A stretch of 64,000 nt of DNA from Bdellovibrionales bacterium (GTDB taxonomy: Bacteria > Bdellovibrionota > Bdellovibrionia > Bdellovibrionales > UBA1609), in assembly GCA_965261545.1 (NCBI GenBank), contig CBDHDF010000010.1, positions 960,001 to 1,024,000 of the forward strand. Direction: 5' to 3'. The position numbers and the translations under genes were made by a program. The first letter of the stretch is position 1. Every line of letters begins with the position of its first letter. This document shows positions 24,092-35,030 of the stretch, piece after piece. The notes under the pieces are model-generated. The model had not been told where the DNA came from. It saw only the letters and a program-made list of their open reading frames with translations, and searched no databases.

Positions 24092-25144
24092 CTAAATAAA
24101 AATTCCCAAGCGCTGGGCCATGAGAGCCCAGCGGTGCCTCCGATGGATTCTTCGAGGAGGCTTCATAAAATCGTCAACAGAGGCCCGGCGGACAAGTCCC
24201 CGTCGATAAACAACGGCCTGCCCCCAACCTCCTTCTTTCACAATCTGAGCCGCTTCAAGGCCCATGGCCATGGTCAGAAAGCGATCCGTGGTGGTCGGGG
24301 CTCGGCTTCTCTGTAGGTGACCTAAAACGACATGACGACTTTCCCAGCCCGTTTCTTTTTCCACCCATCGAGCTAATTTTTCAGCAATCCCGCCCAAGCG
24401 CTTTGGTTCGGGCGAGCCCTCCACCATAAAGGCAACCTCTGGATCTTCCCCATGAGAAAAGGCCCCCTCTGAAACGACACAGATAAGACCTCGTTGCTTG
24501 TAGACATTTTGCTTTTTTTTGATAAATTGAATAAGTTGATTCTTATCAAATGGCTTTTCGGGAATAAGAATCACATCAGCGTAGGAAGAAAGCCCTCCCC
24601 CTAGAGCAATCCACCCGGCATGACGCCCCATGGTTTCCACAACAATCACCCGGCGGTGGGCATCTGCCGTGGTCCGAAGAGAGTCTACGGCCTCAGCCAC
24701 CACCGAACAAGCTGTGTCGTAACCAAAAGTGATCTCTGTACCCGCCAAGTCATTGTCAATGGTTTTGGGCACGCCGATGAGTGGAATGTCATCTTTAAAG
24801 CTTGATAACCCTGAAAAAGTTCCATCTCCACCGGCGGCAATAATTCCATCCAGTTGAAGGTCCTTGTACTTGTCTATAAACTCTTTCTCACGCCCCTTGG
24901 TTCCACATCGATTGGAGGTTCCAAGAAATGTCCCCGCATAGGCATGAAGCCCATTGACGTCTTTCCAGGTCATTTTCCTGTATCGGCCCTCAAAAATGCC
25001 TTCAAATCCATCATAAATCCCAATAACCTCAAACCCTTCATTGAGAAGAGCCTTGGAAGATGATTCCAGAATTCCATTGAGACCAGGAGCATCTCCGCCC
25101 CCTGTTAAAATACCAATTCGCATAAATCTTTCTTTTCCTTTCAC
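24092..25144 (-). CDS. pfkA: 6-phosphofructokinase (group III type)
   Basis: LTGGGDAPGLN, GGDGT, PKTIDNDL, MGRHAGW, LGHLQR; start at 25123 or 25144. Confidence 0.95.
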   Translation of the reverse strand: MKGKERFMRIGILTGGGDAPGLNGILESSSKALLNEGFEVIGIYDGFEGIFEGRYRKMTWKDVNGLHAYAGTFLGTSNRCGTKGREKEFIDKYKDLQLDGIIAAGGDGTFSGLSSFKDDIPLIGVPKTIDNDLAGTEITFGYDTACSVVAEAVDSLRTTADAHRRVIVVETMGRHAGWIALGGGLSSYADVILIPEKPFDKNQLIQFIKKKQNVYKQRGLICVVSEGAFSHGEDPEVAFMVEGSPEPKRLGGIAEKLARWVEKETGWESRHVVLGHLQRSRAPTTTDRFLTMAMGLEAAQIVKEGGWGQAVVYRRGLVRRASVDDFMKPPRRIHRRHRWALMAQRLGIFI

Positions 25145-26139
25145 GTAACTTTAAGTAAATCATGGATATGGACAAGGCCCACGGGAGCCTGAGGATTCTC
25201 TGAGCCTTTGTCGAGAACAAATAAAACTTGTATCTTGTGTTGTTCCATAACAAAACGAGCTTTTGCTGCAAGCTCTTGGGCGTCAATGACCTTTGGGTTT
25301 GTGGACATAAGGCTTTCCACCCTTTCGTCGATAATAAAGCTGTTTGTCTCTAACTTTCGGCGAATGTCACCATCTGTTATAATCCCTTGAAGCACTTGTT
25401 TTTGATCCACAATATCCACAACACCCACAACACCTCGAACCTCTCGCTCTGTCATCAATGAAATAATTTTGGAAAGACTATCCTCCTTTCTCACAAGGGG
25501 TAGGGCTTTGTGCATCACATCTGCAACCCGAGTGAGAAGTTTTCTTCCCAGAGAACCACCGGGATGGAATTCAGCAAAGGAGGTTTCATCAAAACCACGA
25601 GCCTTTAAAACAGCCATGGAAATGGCATCTCCCAAAGCCAGAGTGGCCGTGGAACTTGAAGTTGGCGCCAAACCCAAGGGGCAAGCCTCTTCGTTCACAT
25701 AAGTATCTAGGTAAATCGTAGAGGCATTGGCAAGCATGCTATTGGATTTGCCTGTCATTCCAATCAGGGGAATTCCCTTCTTAGAAACATAGTTAATGAG
25801 AGGAAACATTTCAGGAGCCTCCCCACTGTGGCTAATGGCAATAAGAAGGTCCCCCGGCATCACCACACCCAAGTCGCCATGACAACTCTCCGCAGGATGC
25901 AAGAAAAAAGAAGGGGTTCCCGTGGAGCTTAAGGTGCTACTGATTTTGCGACCCACTAAACCTGACTTTCCCATGCCTGTGACAATGACCTTGGATGGGC
26001 AGTTTAAAATCATTTCAATCACTCTATCAAACCTTTCATCTAAACTCTCCATGAGATGATGAAGTGCTTGGGCTTCTATGGTTAAAACACGATGGGCTTC
26101 TCTACGATGAGAGGATGAGTGGGATGAGCTTTCAGTCAT
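25141..26139 (-). CDS. kdsD: KpsF/GutQ arabinose-5-phosphate isomerase (SIS + CBS)
   Basis: [31 protein letters not shown]. Confidence 0.95.
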   Translation of the reverse strand: MTESSSHSSSHRREAHRVLTIEAQALHHLMESLDERFDRVIEMILNCPSKVIVTGMGKSGLVGRKISSTLSSTGTPSFFLHPAESCHGDLGVVMPGDLLIAISHSGEAPEMFPLINYVSKKGIPLIGMTGKSNSMLANASTIYLDTYVNEEACPLGLAPTSSSTATLALGDAISMAVLKARGFDETSFAEFHPGGSLGRKLLTRVADVMHKALPLVRKEDSLSKIISLMTEREVRGVVGVVDIVDQKQVLQGIITDGDIRRKLETNSFIIDERVESLMSTNPKVIDAQELAAKARFVMEQHKIQVLFVLDKGSENPQAPVGLVHIHDLLKVT

Positions 26140-27970
26140 AAGTACCTATCTCTTTCTCAGTACTCTTAACATTACTTTTAACATTGAGACGAGAAGTCGA
26201 TCTCTCAAGAGCCGCTTGCACAAAGCTTGCAAACAAAGGATGAGGCTCCATGGGCTTGGACTTAAATTCAGGGTGAAATTGCACTCCTATAAACCAAGGA
26301 TGATTCTTGATTTCAATGACTTCCACAAGCTCACGCTCCCTGCAAATTCCAGATAAAGTCATTCCATGACTCTCAAAAAGAGACTTAAACTTATTATTAA
26401 ACTCGTAGCGGTGTCTATGACGCTCCCTAATGGGGGAATATCCATAGATCTTAAGAACATGGCTCCCCTCGGTGAGGTGACAAGAGTAAGCCCCCAACCT
26501 CATTGTCCCCCCCATTTTGTCCATGGACTTTTGCTCCTCCATGAAATCAATAACAAAATCTTGATGCGTGTTTCCTTGAAGATCCTCCACGTCAAGAAAC
26601 TCACGACTTGTAGCATCTTGAATTCCACACACATTTCTCGCAAACTCAATGGAAGCCAGTTGCATGCCTAAGCAGATTCCTAAAAATGGAATTTTATTTT
26701 CACGAACATAGCGAATGGCAGCTAACTTGCCCTTGGTGCCACGAGTTCCAAACCCACCTGGCACAAGAACTCCATCGAGGTGAGAAAGAAACTTCTTCAC
26801 ATTCTCATCTGTCAGATAAGACGAATCAATGTAAACAAATTGGACTCTTGAGTGATTGGCGATTCCACCATGATCCATGGCTTCGTGAAGTGATTTATAG
26901 CTTTCCTTTAAATCCACATATTTACCCACAATGCCAATGGAAATTTCACGAAGTGGACTCTTCAGTCTTAAAACCATATCTTTCCAACCCAAAAGATTTG
27001 GCACTCTAAGCTCCAACCCAAGACGACAACAGACTTTCTTATCCAACTCCTCGTCATGGAAAGCCAAGGGTACCTCATAGATAGTTTCAGAGTCCACGGC
27101 GGCAATAACATGTTCGGGGCAAACACTGCAAAACAAACTAATTTTAGATTTTATATTTTTATGTATCAACTTTTCAGAGCGGCAAATTAAGAAATCGGGT
27201 TGAATGCCCACTTCGCGAAGCTCTTTGACCGAGTGCTGAGTTGGCTTACTTTTTAACTCACCTGCGGATGAGATATAAGGAAGATATGTTACATGAACAA
27301 AGATGGAATTCTGTAAGCCCACATCCACTCGCATTTGACGTATGGCCTCAATAAATGGAAGACCCTCAATATCTCCCACAGTGCCGCCAATTTCTACGAT
27401 AATGACATCGGCATCTCCAACAACATGGTGAATGCACTGCTTGATTTCATCTGTAATATGAGGGATGACTTGAACCGTTCCACCGAGATAGCCCCCACGG
27501 CGCTCTCTAGAAATAACACTTTCATATATCTGTCCTGTGGTAATACTGTTGGAGTGGTTAACAAGAACTTGGGTGAAGCGCTCGTAGTGACCTAAGTCCA
27601 AGTCTGTTTCAGCTCCATCCTCAGTCACATAAACTTCTCCGTGCTGAAAGGGAGACATCGTGCCTGGGTCCACATTAATATAGGGATCGCACTTCATCAG
27701 GGTCACCTTGAAACCACGAGCCTCAAGGAGGGTCCCCAGGCTTGCTGCCGTCAAGCCCTTTCCAATGGAAGACACCACTCCTCCAGTGACAAAAATAAAC
27801 TTGGGAGCCTCAGAAGACTTCCTTGCCTGCGCAGCCTTTACTTGTGAGATCTCTGCTGCTTGTGAAGTCTCTAGTAAAGTCTCTATTGGTGAGTCTCCTG
27901 AGGTCTCTGGAAAGGTCTCTATTGGTGAGGTCTTTACTTCTGAAGTTTCTGGAAAAGTCTTTTTAGCCAT
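26132..27970 (-). CDS. pyrG: CTP synthase with repetitive N-terminal extension
   Basis: [26 protein letters not shown]; start uncertain (27970 chosen). Confidence 0.97.
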   Translation of the reverse strand: MAKKTFPETSEVKTSPIETFPETSGDSPIETLLETSQAAEISQVKAAQARKSSEAPKFIFVTGGVVSSIGKGLTAASLGTLLEARGFKVTLMKCDPYINVDPGTMSPFQHGEVYVTEDGAETDLDLGHYERFTQVLVNHSNSITTGQIYESVISRERRGGYLGGTVQVIPHITDEIKQCIHHVVGDADVIIVEIGGTVGDIEGLPFIEAIRQMRVDVGLQNSIFVHVTYLPYISSAGELKSKPTQHSVKELREVGIQPDFLICRSEKLIHKNIKSKISLFCSVCPEHVIAAVDSETIYEVPLAFHDEELDKKVCCRLGLELRVPNLLGWKDMVLRLKSPLREISIGIVGKYVDLKESYKSLHEAMDHGGIANHSRVQFVYIDSSYLTDENVKKFLSHLDGVLVPGGFGTRGTKGKLAAIRYVRENKIPFLGICLGMQLASIEFARNVCGIQDATSREFLDVEDLQGNTHQDFVIDFMEEQKSMDKMGGTMRLGAYSCHLTEGSHVLKIYGYSPIRERHRHRYEFNNKFKSLFESHGMTLSGICRERELVEVIEIKNHPWFIGVQFHPEFKSKPMEPHPLFASFVQAALERSTSRLNVKSNVKSTEKEIGTYD

Positions 27971-28295
27971 AGCCAACTCATTACTTGCTTTACCGCCATG
28001 TATCAATACTTTTAGCTCGAAAATTTTGACGCATACACCCTCTAAGAGAAAGCCCTCCCTTCGCTAGAAAAAATTAGGGTGCCTACATATGCCTAATGCC
28101 TATACAAAGTGTCTATCGTGAAGACAGAAGCTTTTTTTGTAGACAGACCTTTGGGAAACTTTGGCCTCACAGGACTCTCAGTTGATTTGTACACATCTTC
28201 ACATATTCCACTTTGGCTCTTTATTTGCTTCTTAAATATTATTGAGGGTATTGGTGAAGACACTTTCTTTACCTAGGAGCTAATCAATTATAATC

Positions 28296-28994
28296 ATGAA
28301 GGCTGTGAAAATGGTGAAAGAAGCATTTACAAATTCAATCTATTCTATCACCTGTACCACCTCTATCATCATGCTTCTTACAAGCCCCACAAAGACGTGG
28401 TCTTCCTCAGATCCTATTCATGCAAGATCACTTGAGAGTATTCAAGTTCTTATTCAGGCCAATCACCAAAGGCTTACAAAAATCAATAAAAAGATTTCCA
28501 AAGAAAGAATTAAAAGAATCAAGCAATACCTTCCTAGCTCTTTACTTTCCTCACCCCTTACTCAAACACACCCTTCAACCATTCAAGCACACCCGTCAGG
28601 CTGGATGTGTACAGAAAGCCAGATTGAAAGGCTTAAAAAAAGTCAAAGAGAGCACCTTCTCAAACAAGACTTCTTAGATCGTCTCAAGGTCCAAGTGGAC
28701 AATAATTACGAAAGCTACAAAGAAAAAGAAAATCTTCAAACTTTTCTCGTTAATATTTTAAAGAGAATGGTTCAAATTGAAAAACGGCAGAAACCACAAA
28801 CTATGTATAAATTTCTAAAATATCTTTCTGTAGCTATGGAAAAACTGATGGAGCCCACAGAATATTCTATCGATTTCATTGAGGGCTATTTAAGAGCATC
28901 GACTTTCGAACAACCTATCAGCCCCCAAGTCTATAGGCAAATGAGGCATTACTCCAATGGTATTGACAACGAACCAGCTCAACAAAGACCTTAG
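28296..28994 (+). CDS. Hypothetical exported protein
   Basis: 232-aa ORF with hydrophobic N-terminus, upstream of the gliding cluster. Confidence 0.7.
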   Translation: MKAVKMVKEAFTNSIYSITCTTSIIMLLTSPTKTWSSSDPIHARSLESIQVLIQANHQRLTKINKKISKERIKRIKQYLPSSLLSSPLTQTHPSTIQAHPSGWMCTESQIERLKKSQREHLLKQDFLDRLKVQVDNNYESYKEKENLQTFLVNILKRMVQIEKRQKPQTMYKFLKYLSVAMEKLMEPTEYSIDFIEGYLRASTFEQPISPQVYRQMRHYSNGIDNEPAQQRP

Positions 28995-29108
28995 ACTTTT
29001 GGCCAATCCCTATGGATTCATGTGGCTTTAAATGTACCTTTTCATCCAATAACGATAATATAAATATATAAAAACACAACATAGTGACGGTCTGAGGAAT
29101 ATTTAGGG

Positions 29109-29831
29109 ATGAATTCTACTTTATTAATTGCCAAAGTAAGTCTATGCCGTTGGGTTTATCAGCTTCTTGGCTTCACAACCCTATTATTCATCTCTTTCGG
29201 AGCGCCGATTTCTTCTTATGGAGCCCCCTCCGGAAAGTACTACGACTTACCTAAGGTGGTGGCTGTTCAAAATCGCTCTTACTATGTCAATAAAGATCTT
29301 ACATTTCAACTTGGATTTCTTCCTTCAGACCCCTTCAACAAGGGGGTCACCTTTGGGGTTGGCTACACACATTATTTCAAAGACTACCTTGCTTGGGAGG
29401 TGGCCAATGTCAATTACAATATGAATCGTGAAACAGGTCTCAAGCGTGATGTCAACAACCTCAATATAGACATTCAAAATAAGGGGGGGCTGAGTGGTCA
29501 GCTAGACTATATGAATTACTATTTGGCAACCAACTTAGTGTACACACCCATTTATGCAAAGAATCTTCTTTTTAATTCCAAAGTTATTCATGGTGAAATC
29601 AGCCTCACTCTTGGCGGAGGAGTCACCAAACTTCAAAAAACTGGGGTTCGCCCTCTTGTTATGGCCGGTGGTTACTTTAGATTTTTTACTCAACCCGATC
29701 GCTCATGGAAGTTTGACTTCAGAAATAACATCTACTTTAGTCAAGCCGCAGGAGCTATCAATGCTTGGTCTTTTGGTATTGGTTATTCAATACAACTGGG
29801 AGACAGACCTCCCTCTGTTTCAAGCTATTAA
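29109..29831 (+). CDS. Outer-membrane beta-barrel domain protein (delta-proteobacterial, gliding-associated type)
   Basis: Signal peptide, VVAVQNR, DPF, YTPIYAK motifs, alternating beta-strand pattern. Confidence 0.8.
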   Translation: MNSTLLIAKVSLCRWVYQLLGFTTLLFISFGAPISSYGAPSGKYYDLPKVVAVQNRSYYVNKDLTFQLGFLPSDPFNKGVTFGVGYTHYFKDYLAWEVANVNYNMNRETGLKRDVNNLNIDIQNKGGLSGQLDYMNYYLATNLVYTPIYAKNLLFNSKVIHGEISLTLGGGVTKLQKTGVRPLVMAGGYFRFFTQPDRSWKFDFRNNIYFSQAAGAINAWSFGIGYSIQLGDRPPSVSSY

Positions 29832-29910
29832 AGGAATACCTGGCATGGAGATCATCGGCTCCAGCGTCAAGGAAACTCACTTCCTTGTGAGAATTTATGA
29901 AGAGTAGCCA

Positions 29911-31563
29911 GTGATTAACATCAAAGGTGCAAAAATGATGAAAATAGTCCAATATTCAACAAAAATAGAGATTTTATTTTATGTGATTCTTTTTACCATC
30001 TTTGTTGGAGCCTTAAATGTCAAAAGTAGAGCAAATACAGAAAATGTAAAATCCACAAACACTCCCTCAAAAAACAATTCCGAAGGAAAAAGTCTCGAAT
30101 TAAGCAACAAATTTATGAATAGCAAAGAAAAGCAAGGTTTTCGTTACTGGCCCACAGATGATCTCTTCTGGAAGGAATACCAGGATTTATATCAAAAAGA
30201 ACAAATCCAAAACGCTATAGGTTTCGCTTGGAGCCAACTGCAAAGCTTTGGAGATGAAACCCCGGAAGGAGCAGAAGCTTATCTTGCCATAGCGCAATCT
30301 CTGTTTAAGAAGGGTTATACCTATGCCAGCTTTTTAATACTTATTGACTTAGCCAAGGATCGCATCGGAACTCAGGTCGGTATTGCGGCCCTTTACGAAC
30401 TATCTCTATTGGCAGAAACATCTCTTTACGACAAAGGTTCTCTCACCAATTTCTTGAATAATCACGATTTTGGCAATCTCCATTCTGATATTAGAAGCTT
30501 TATCAGCTATCATAAATCTCTCAGAAATATGACCTTTGGCTACAATAAGTGGGCGAAGAAATATATCACACAAATAGATCCCACCAGCCACTGGTCCTAC
30601 CTCTTTCAGTACTGGGGAGCCATTGGAGAGGTGGCAAGAGATAAAATTGATTCCGCTTTGCCGACACTACAGAGTCTCCAAGAGAATACGAAAGTGCGGC
30701 CCTCACTGAGAAATTTGGCGAGTTTGCAGATAGCTAGGCTTGAATTTGAAAAGGGTCAATTTGATACAGCGTACAACATTTACTCAAACATAGGCCATCT
30801 CGGCGTGCGTGAGCAGGGCCGCATTCAGCTTGAACGCGCTTGGGCACAGTACTATACAGGAAACTATTCCAAAGCTTTAGGGCTGCTTTCAGCCTTGAGA
30901 GCTCCTTATTTTCGACCCTCCTTAAGTCCAGAAAGATTTATATTAGAAATGCTTATTTTTCGTGAACTTTGCCACTACAACTCCGTTTTAAATACAGCCA
31001 AAAGATTCCAATCAACCTATAGAAGTGCCTTTAAAACGATTCAAAAAAGAACTCCTCTCAAAAACAACAAAGTGCTTCTTAGCATGAGCTTGATGAATAA
31101 AGATATTCAAGACAAGGCCAATCTCATTGCCCTTATTCGTAGGGAGAAAGCAAAATTTAAAGAAGAAAAAATAGCACCGAACCTCATTAAAAAATTGATG
31201 ACTCAACACAAGAATGCCGATCAAAGGCTACAAATGGAAATCGATTATCAAATTGAGGATCATATTCGACAAATAGCCAGTGAGCTTCTAGAATATCGAG
31301 ATGAAGTTTCTTTTCTAAAGTATACAGCAACATTGGATAATTTGAGAATTGTTCGTCGAGGAGAGGGGCGAGAATATGCATCGGAGTCTATTTCCACATC
31401 GACCTTTGATCGAATCTATTGGCCTGTTGAAACACGATATGGAGTTATAGAATACTGGACTGACGAATTTGAGGATTATAAAATGCTTATTTCCAGTCGT
31501 TGCTACAGTGAAGCTCCTCAAAAAAATCCATCTAGCAAAGAACTGGAAAGAAGATTTAAGTAA
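29911..31563 (+). CDS. TPR protein, GltC-like gliding component
   Basis: LERAWAQY..GNYSKALG.L..L, LCHY, C-terminal YWP....EYWTDE...Y......SRC. Confidence 0.72.
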   Translation: MINIKGAKMMKIVQYSTKIEILFYVILFTIFVGALNVKSRANTENVKSTNTPSKNNSEGKSLELSNKFMNSKEKQGFRYWPTDDLFWKEYQDLYQKEQIQNAIGFAWSQLQSFGDETPEGAEAYLAIAQSLFKKGYTYASFLILIDLAKDRIGTQVGIAALYELSLLAETSLYDKGSLTNFLNNHDFGNLHSDIRSFISYHKSLRNMTFGYNKWAKKYITQIDPTSHWSYLFQYWGAIGEVARDKIDSALPTLQSLQENTKVRPSLRNLASLQIARLEFEKGQFDTAYNIYSNIGHLGVREQGRIQLERAWAQYYTGNYSKALGLLSALRAPYFRPSLSPERFILEMLIFRELCHYNSVLNTAKRFQSTYRSAFKTIQKRTPLKNNKVLLSMSLMNKDIQDKANLIALIRREKAKFKEEKIAPNLIKKLMTQHKNADQRLQMEIDYQIEDHIRQIASELLEYRDEVSFLKYTATLDNLRIVRRGEGREYASESISTSTFDRIYWPVETRYGVIEYWTDEFEDYKMLISSRCYSEAPQKNPSSKELERRFK

Positions 31564-31592
31564 TGATAATTTAAGTAATGACAATTTAAATA

Positions 31593-34500
31593 ATGACATT
31601 GGGAAATAATAAGGTGAAAAGAAAAGAATACAAATCTACTCAATTAATTCTTATCATCAGAAATGTCATATTATTTTCTCTTAATTTCTTTCTTATTGCT
31701 ATGGTTTTTTCCACTTCACCCTCTGCTCAAGAAACCAAGTCATTGAGCCTTGAGCAAATGCATAGAAATTTGACAAAAATACGAAAAAGTACTGAAGAAA
31801 CAAAAAAGAAAATTAAAATCATTCGAGACGCAAGATTTCTTCCGGAACTTTATTTTGCTCTTGCTGAATTTTATATTGATGAGGCTAAATATTTATATCT
31901 TATTAAAGTGGCTGAAAATAAAAATGCTCCTGTGGAAGAATTGGATTTCGCTAGCAGCAAGAGGCTTAAAGTTCTAGCAATTAAAACCTATAACTATATT
32001 ATTGAAAAATTTCCAAAACTCGAAGAAAGGGATAAGGCGATCTTCTTAAAAGCCCATGAATTTAAGGGCTTGGGTCGCTTTGAAGAGATGGTTCGAGCTT
32101 ATGGCCAGCTTGTTCGAGAGTACCCCAAGAGCCCTTATTGGGAAGAATCTCAGGTTACTATTGGTAATTATTTCTTGGACCAGAAAAAAGATATAGATAT
32201 TGCATTAGACACCTTTAAACAAGTCACCAAAAGACCTCTTAATCCATTTACACCTATAGTCTACTACAAAATGGGATGGATCTACATTAATAAGGATAGT
32301 TTTTATAAATCACTTCTTTATTTTGAAAAAGCCATAAAGGTGGGAAGCAAGGTTGACCTTAACCATCCCTCGGGGCTTTATAAAGCCTCTGACATACGAA
32401 GAGAAGCTTTACTCGCTATGGTTTGGCCCTATTCAGAATTAACTCCAGCTCAAAAAAAATACCATGGAGGTAAGCGAAAAAATGTGATTTCGTATTTCTA
32501 TAAACTCTCCCCTGACTCTAAAAGCTTCCAAAAAGTGCTACTCAAGCTAGGCCACCGGCTTACTTTGAAGAAGAATTTTATCGCTGCTACCAAGGTCTAT
32601 TTTGAGGCTCTTCGTATGACGACAGATCTTGAAAAACGAATCGACATCATTGAAAGAGCCTATGTTAGCATGAAGAATACACAAAAGGATTGGCCCCTCA
32701 ATGGATTTGTTGAGGAGATTATTTCTACTTTGATTAGAGTCAAGACGGACCCTACGATAAAAAAATCTTTGGTAAAAAAAGTTGTTCACGACTTTGAAAT
32801 ATTTTCTAGAGATGTCTCCACGCGCCAGCAGCAAAGAGCTAAAAGATTAAGATCTTCCGAAGCTTGGAAAATGGCGATAAGAGACTATGAAAAATATTTA
32901 TGGGCTTTTCCAAAAAACAAGAATGCCAAAAAAATACGCTTAAATCTTGCTGAAAGCTATTTCAATTCTAATCATTACCTGAAAGCAGCTCAACAATATG
33001 CCTGGCTAGCACGCCATTCAAAAAAATCTAATGAAAAAAAATCCTACCTGGATTCATCCATCCAATCTTATATCTCAAGCATTAGAAATGAATCATCTGG
33101 AAACCTTCTTGTTCTCAATGAAACTCGATATGGATTTCGTCGTGCAGGACGTTATTTTATGAAAAAATACCCAAAAAATGAAGCTGTTCCCGGTATCATA
33201 TTTAATATTGCTCAAACTTATTACGATGAAAGAAATCTTTCTAAAGCTGTATCTTATTTTAAAAGATATATCAGAAAGTACCCTGATGGAAAGAATGTAA
33301 AGATTGCAACCCATCTCATACTAGACTCTTTCAATCAAGTGGAAGACTTTAAAGGTCTCATTCGTGCGGGAAAATGGATTCTTGCACAAAAAAGCCTCCA
33401 AGATAGTGGTCTCAAAAATCAAGTTCGTCAAATTGTTCAACAAGCCGATTTAGAAAAAGTTTTAAGTGGATCTCAAGATATTGAGTCCTCTTCCTACACC
33501 AACAAATTATTAAAACTTGCGAGTAAATACAAGGGATCCAAGCTAGGAGATGAAGCCCTCTTTCAAGCCTTTGTCGCTTTTAAAGCAAAAAAAGACCCTC
33601 GGGCCTATGAGTCAGGGGAGCAACTTGTTCTTCAGCACGGTAAATCTAAGTACGCCCAAGAGGTGACCAATCAAATGGTTCAAATGGCTCTCACAACAGC
33701 AGATTTTAGAAGGGCTGCCATTTACCTTGAACTCTTCAACGAAAAATACCCTCGCGCAACAGGGGCCACAGAGTATTTAAAGAATGCAGCCTCTATTCGT
33801 GAGTCCATGGGAGAATTTAGTATTGCCGCCAGAAATTATGCTAAATTAGGTAACTATCACTCAGTGGCTAAAATGGATTTTCTTGCCCAAAATTGGTCTG
33901 GGCTTAAAAAGACAGCTCGAAAGGCCAAGGGCATTTATGCGCCTTACTGGGAAGGGCTGGCCCTCTATCGCCTTAAAGGCCCTGGACCTGCACAAAAGGC
34001 CTTGACGGCAGCTAGTCAAGCTTCAGCCTCGGACTATAAAGAAAAAGAAGCCGCAGCTCATGCTCTCTATTTACTTTCAAGAGGTGATTTTGAACACTAT
34101 CGAAAAATTAAACTTGTTGCCAACAATGAAGCTCAGTCTGTCAACGATAAATCAGCAAAATTAAGGCAATTAGAAGAAAAACTCAATAAAGTGATTGAGT
34201 TTGGAAATGGCAGATGGGCCATTGCCGGGCTTCAAGAACTGGGAAATGTTTATAAAGAATTTGCTAAATTTATTTATGGAGCCCCTACTCCAAGCGGGCT
34301 TAGTTCAACGGAGACAAAGCAATATGCTCAAGAAATTAGAAAGCAAGCAAAAGTCTATGAAAAAACAGCCAATCAGTTCTTTCAGCAATGCCTTGGTGTT
34401 TCATCCCGGCACCATATCTTTACAGATTTTGTAAAAGCTTGCCAAAGCCGTGGAAAAATCACTGTGAATGAAGCCTCAGAGACGAAATTCCTAGCTCGCA

Positions 34501-34901
34501 CAAGTTCCAAAGAACCAAAGCGTGCCAAATCTATAAGAAGAAAGTTAATAGACTCCCCTCAAAATGTGACACTCTTAAGTCGTTTGACAGAAGTATATAT
34601 CCGAGCAAAGGATTTCTCTATGGCAGAGCTTATACTCCACCGGGCTTTGGAAATTAAAAAAAATGATGCCACACTTATAGCTAAGCTTGGATCTGTTCAA
34701 CTCTATAAGAATGATCCTTCAACAGCCAATGAGTGGTTTAAAAAAGCTCTTTCCGTAAACAAGAGCCAACCTCTGGCTATTTTAGGAATGGCTGGACTCT
34801 ACAAAAAATATGGTTACAAGAAAGATTTTCTAAAATACAAGACTAAAGTGAAGCCGCAAAACTCTGCGTTTGTTCATCCGATGATGCAAAAAGTTTTGTA
34901 G
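31593..34901 (+). CDS. Large TPR protein, GltD/AgmU-like gliding component
   Basis: 1102 aa, signal/TM segment, many TPR units (YYKMGW, YP..), cluster context. Confidence 0.75.
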   Translation: MTLGNNKVKRKEYKSTQLILIIRNVILFSLNFFLIAMVFSTSPSAQETKSLSLEQMHRNLTKIRKSTEETKKKIKIIRDARFLPELYFALAEFYIDEAKYLYLIKVAENKNAPVEELDFASSKRLKVLAIKTYNYIIEKFPKLEERDKAIFLKAHEFKGLGRFEEMVRAYGQLVREYPKSPYWEESQVTIGNYFLDQKKDIDIALDTFKQVTKRPLNPFTPIVYYKMGWIYINKDSFYKSLLYFEKAIKVGSKVDLNHPSGLYKASDIRREALLAMVWPYSELTPAQKKYHGGKRKNVISYFYKLSPDSKSFQKVLLKLGHRLTLKKNFIAATKVYFEALRMTTDLEKRIDIIERAYVSMKNTQKDWPLNGFVEEIISTLIRVKTDPTIKKSLVKKVVHDFEIFSRDVSTRQQQRAKRLRSSEAWKMAIRDYEKYLWAFPKNKNAKKIRLNLAESYFNSNHYLKAAQQYAWLARHSKKSNEKKSYLDSSIQSYISSIRNESSGNLLVLNETRYGFRRAGRYFMKKYPKNEAVPGIIFNIAQTYYDERNLSKAVSYFKRYIRKYPDGKNVKIATHLILDSFNQVEDFKGLIRAGKWILAQKSLQDSGLKNQVRQIVQQADLEKVLSGSQDIESSSYTNKLLKLASKYKGSKLGDEALFQAFVAFKAKKDPRAYESGEQLVLQHGKSKYAQEVTNQMVQMALTTADFRRAAIYLELFNEKYPRATGATEYLKNAASIRESMGEFSIAARNYAKLGNYHSVAKMDFLAQNWSGLKKTARKAKGIYAPYWEGLALYRLKGPGPAQKALTAASQASASDYKEKEAAAHALYLLSRGDFEHYRKIKLVANNEAQSVNDKSAKLRQLEEKLNKVIEFGNGRWAIAGLQELGNVYKEFAKFIYGAPTPSGLSSTETKQYAQEIRKQAKVYEKTANQFFQQCLGVSSRHHIFTDFVKACQSRGKITVNEASETKFLARTSSKEPKRAKSIRRKLIDSPQNVTLLSRLTEVYIRAKDFSMAELILHRALEIKKNDATLIAKLGSVQLYKNDPSTANEWFKKALSVNKSQPLAILGMAGLYKKYGYKKDFLKYKTKVKPQNSAFVHPMMQKVL

Positions 34902-35030
34902 CTGCTCACCTAGCCCCATCTCACTGCTTGCAATTTTGCTCTTACGTCCTATCCATTCACCCTTGTTCTTCCCCTATCTAGCCCTAGGTATGTTGAGCGT
35001 AGGCCCTTATATTCCGATCATATCTCTGTC

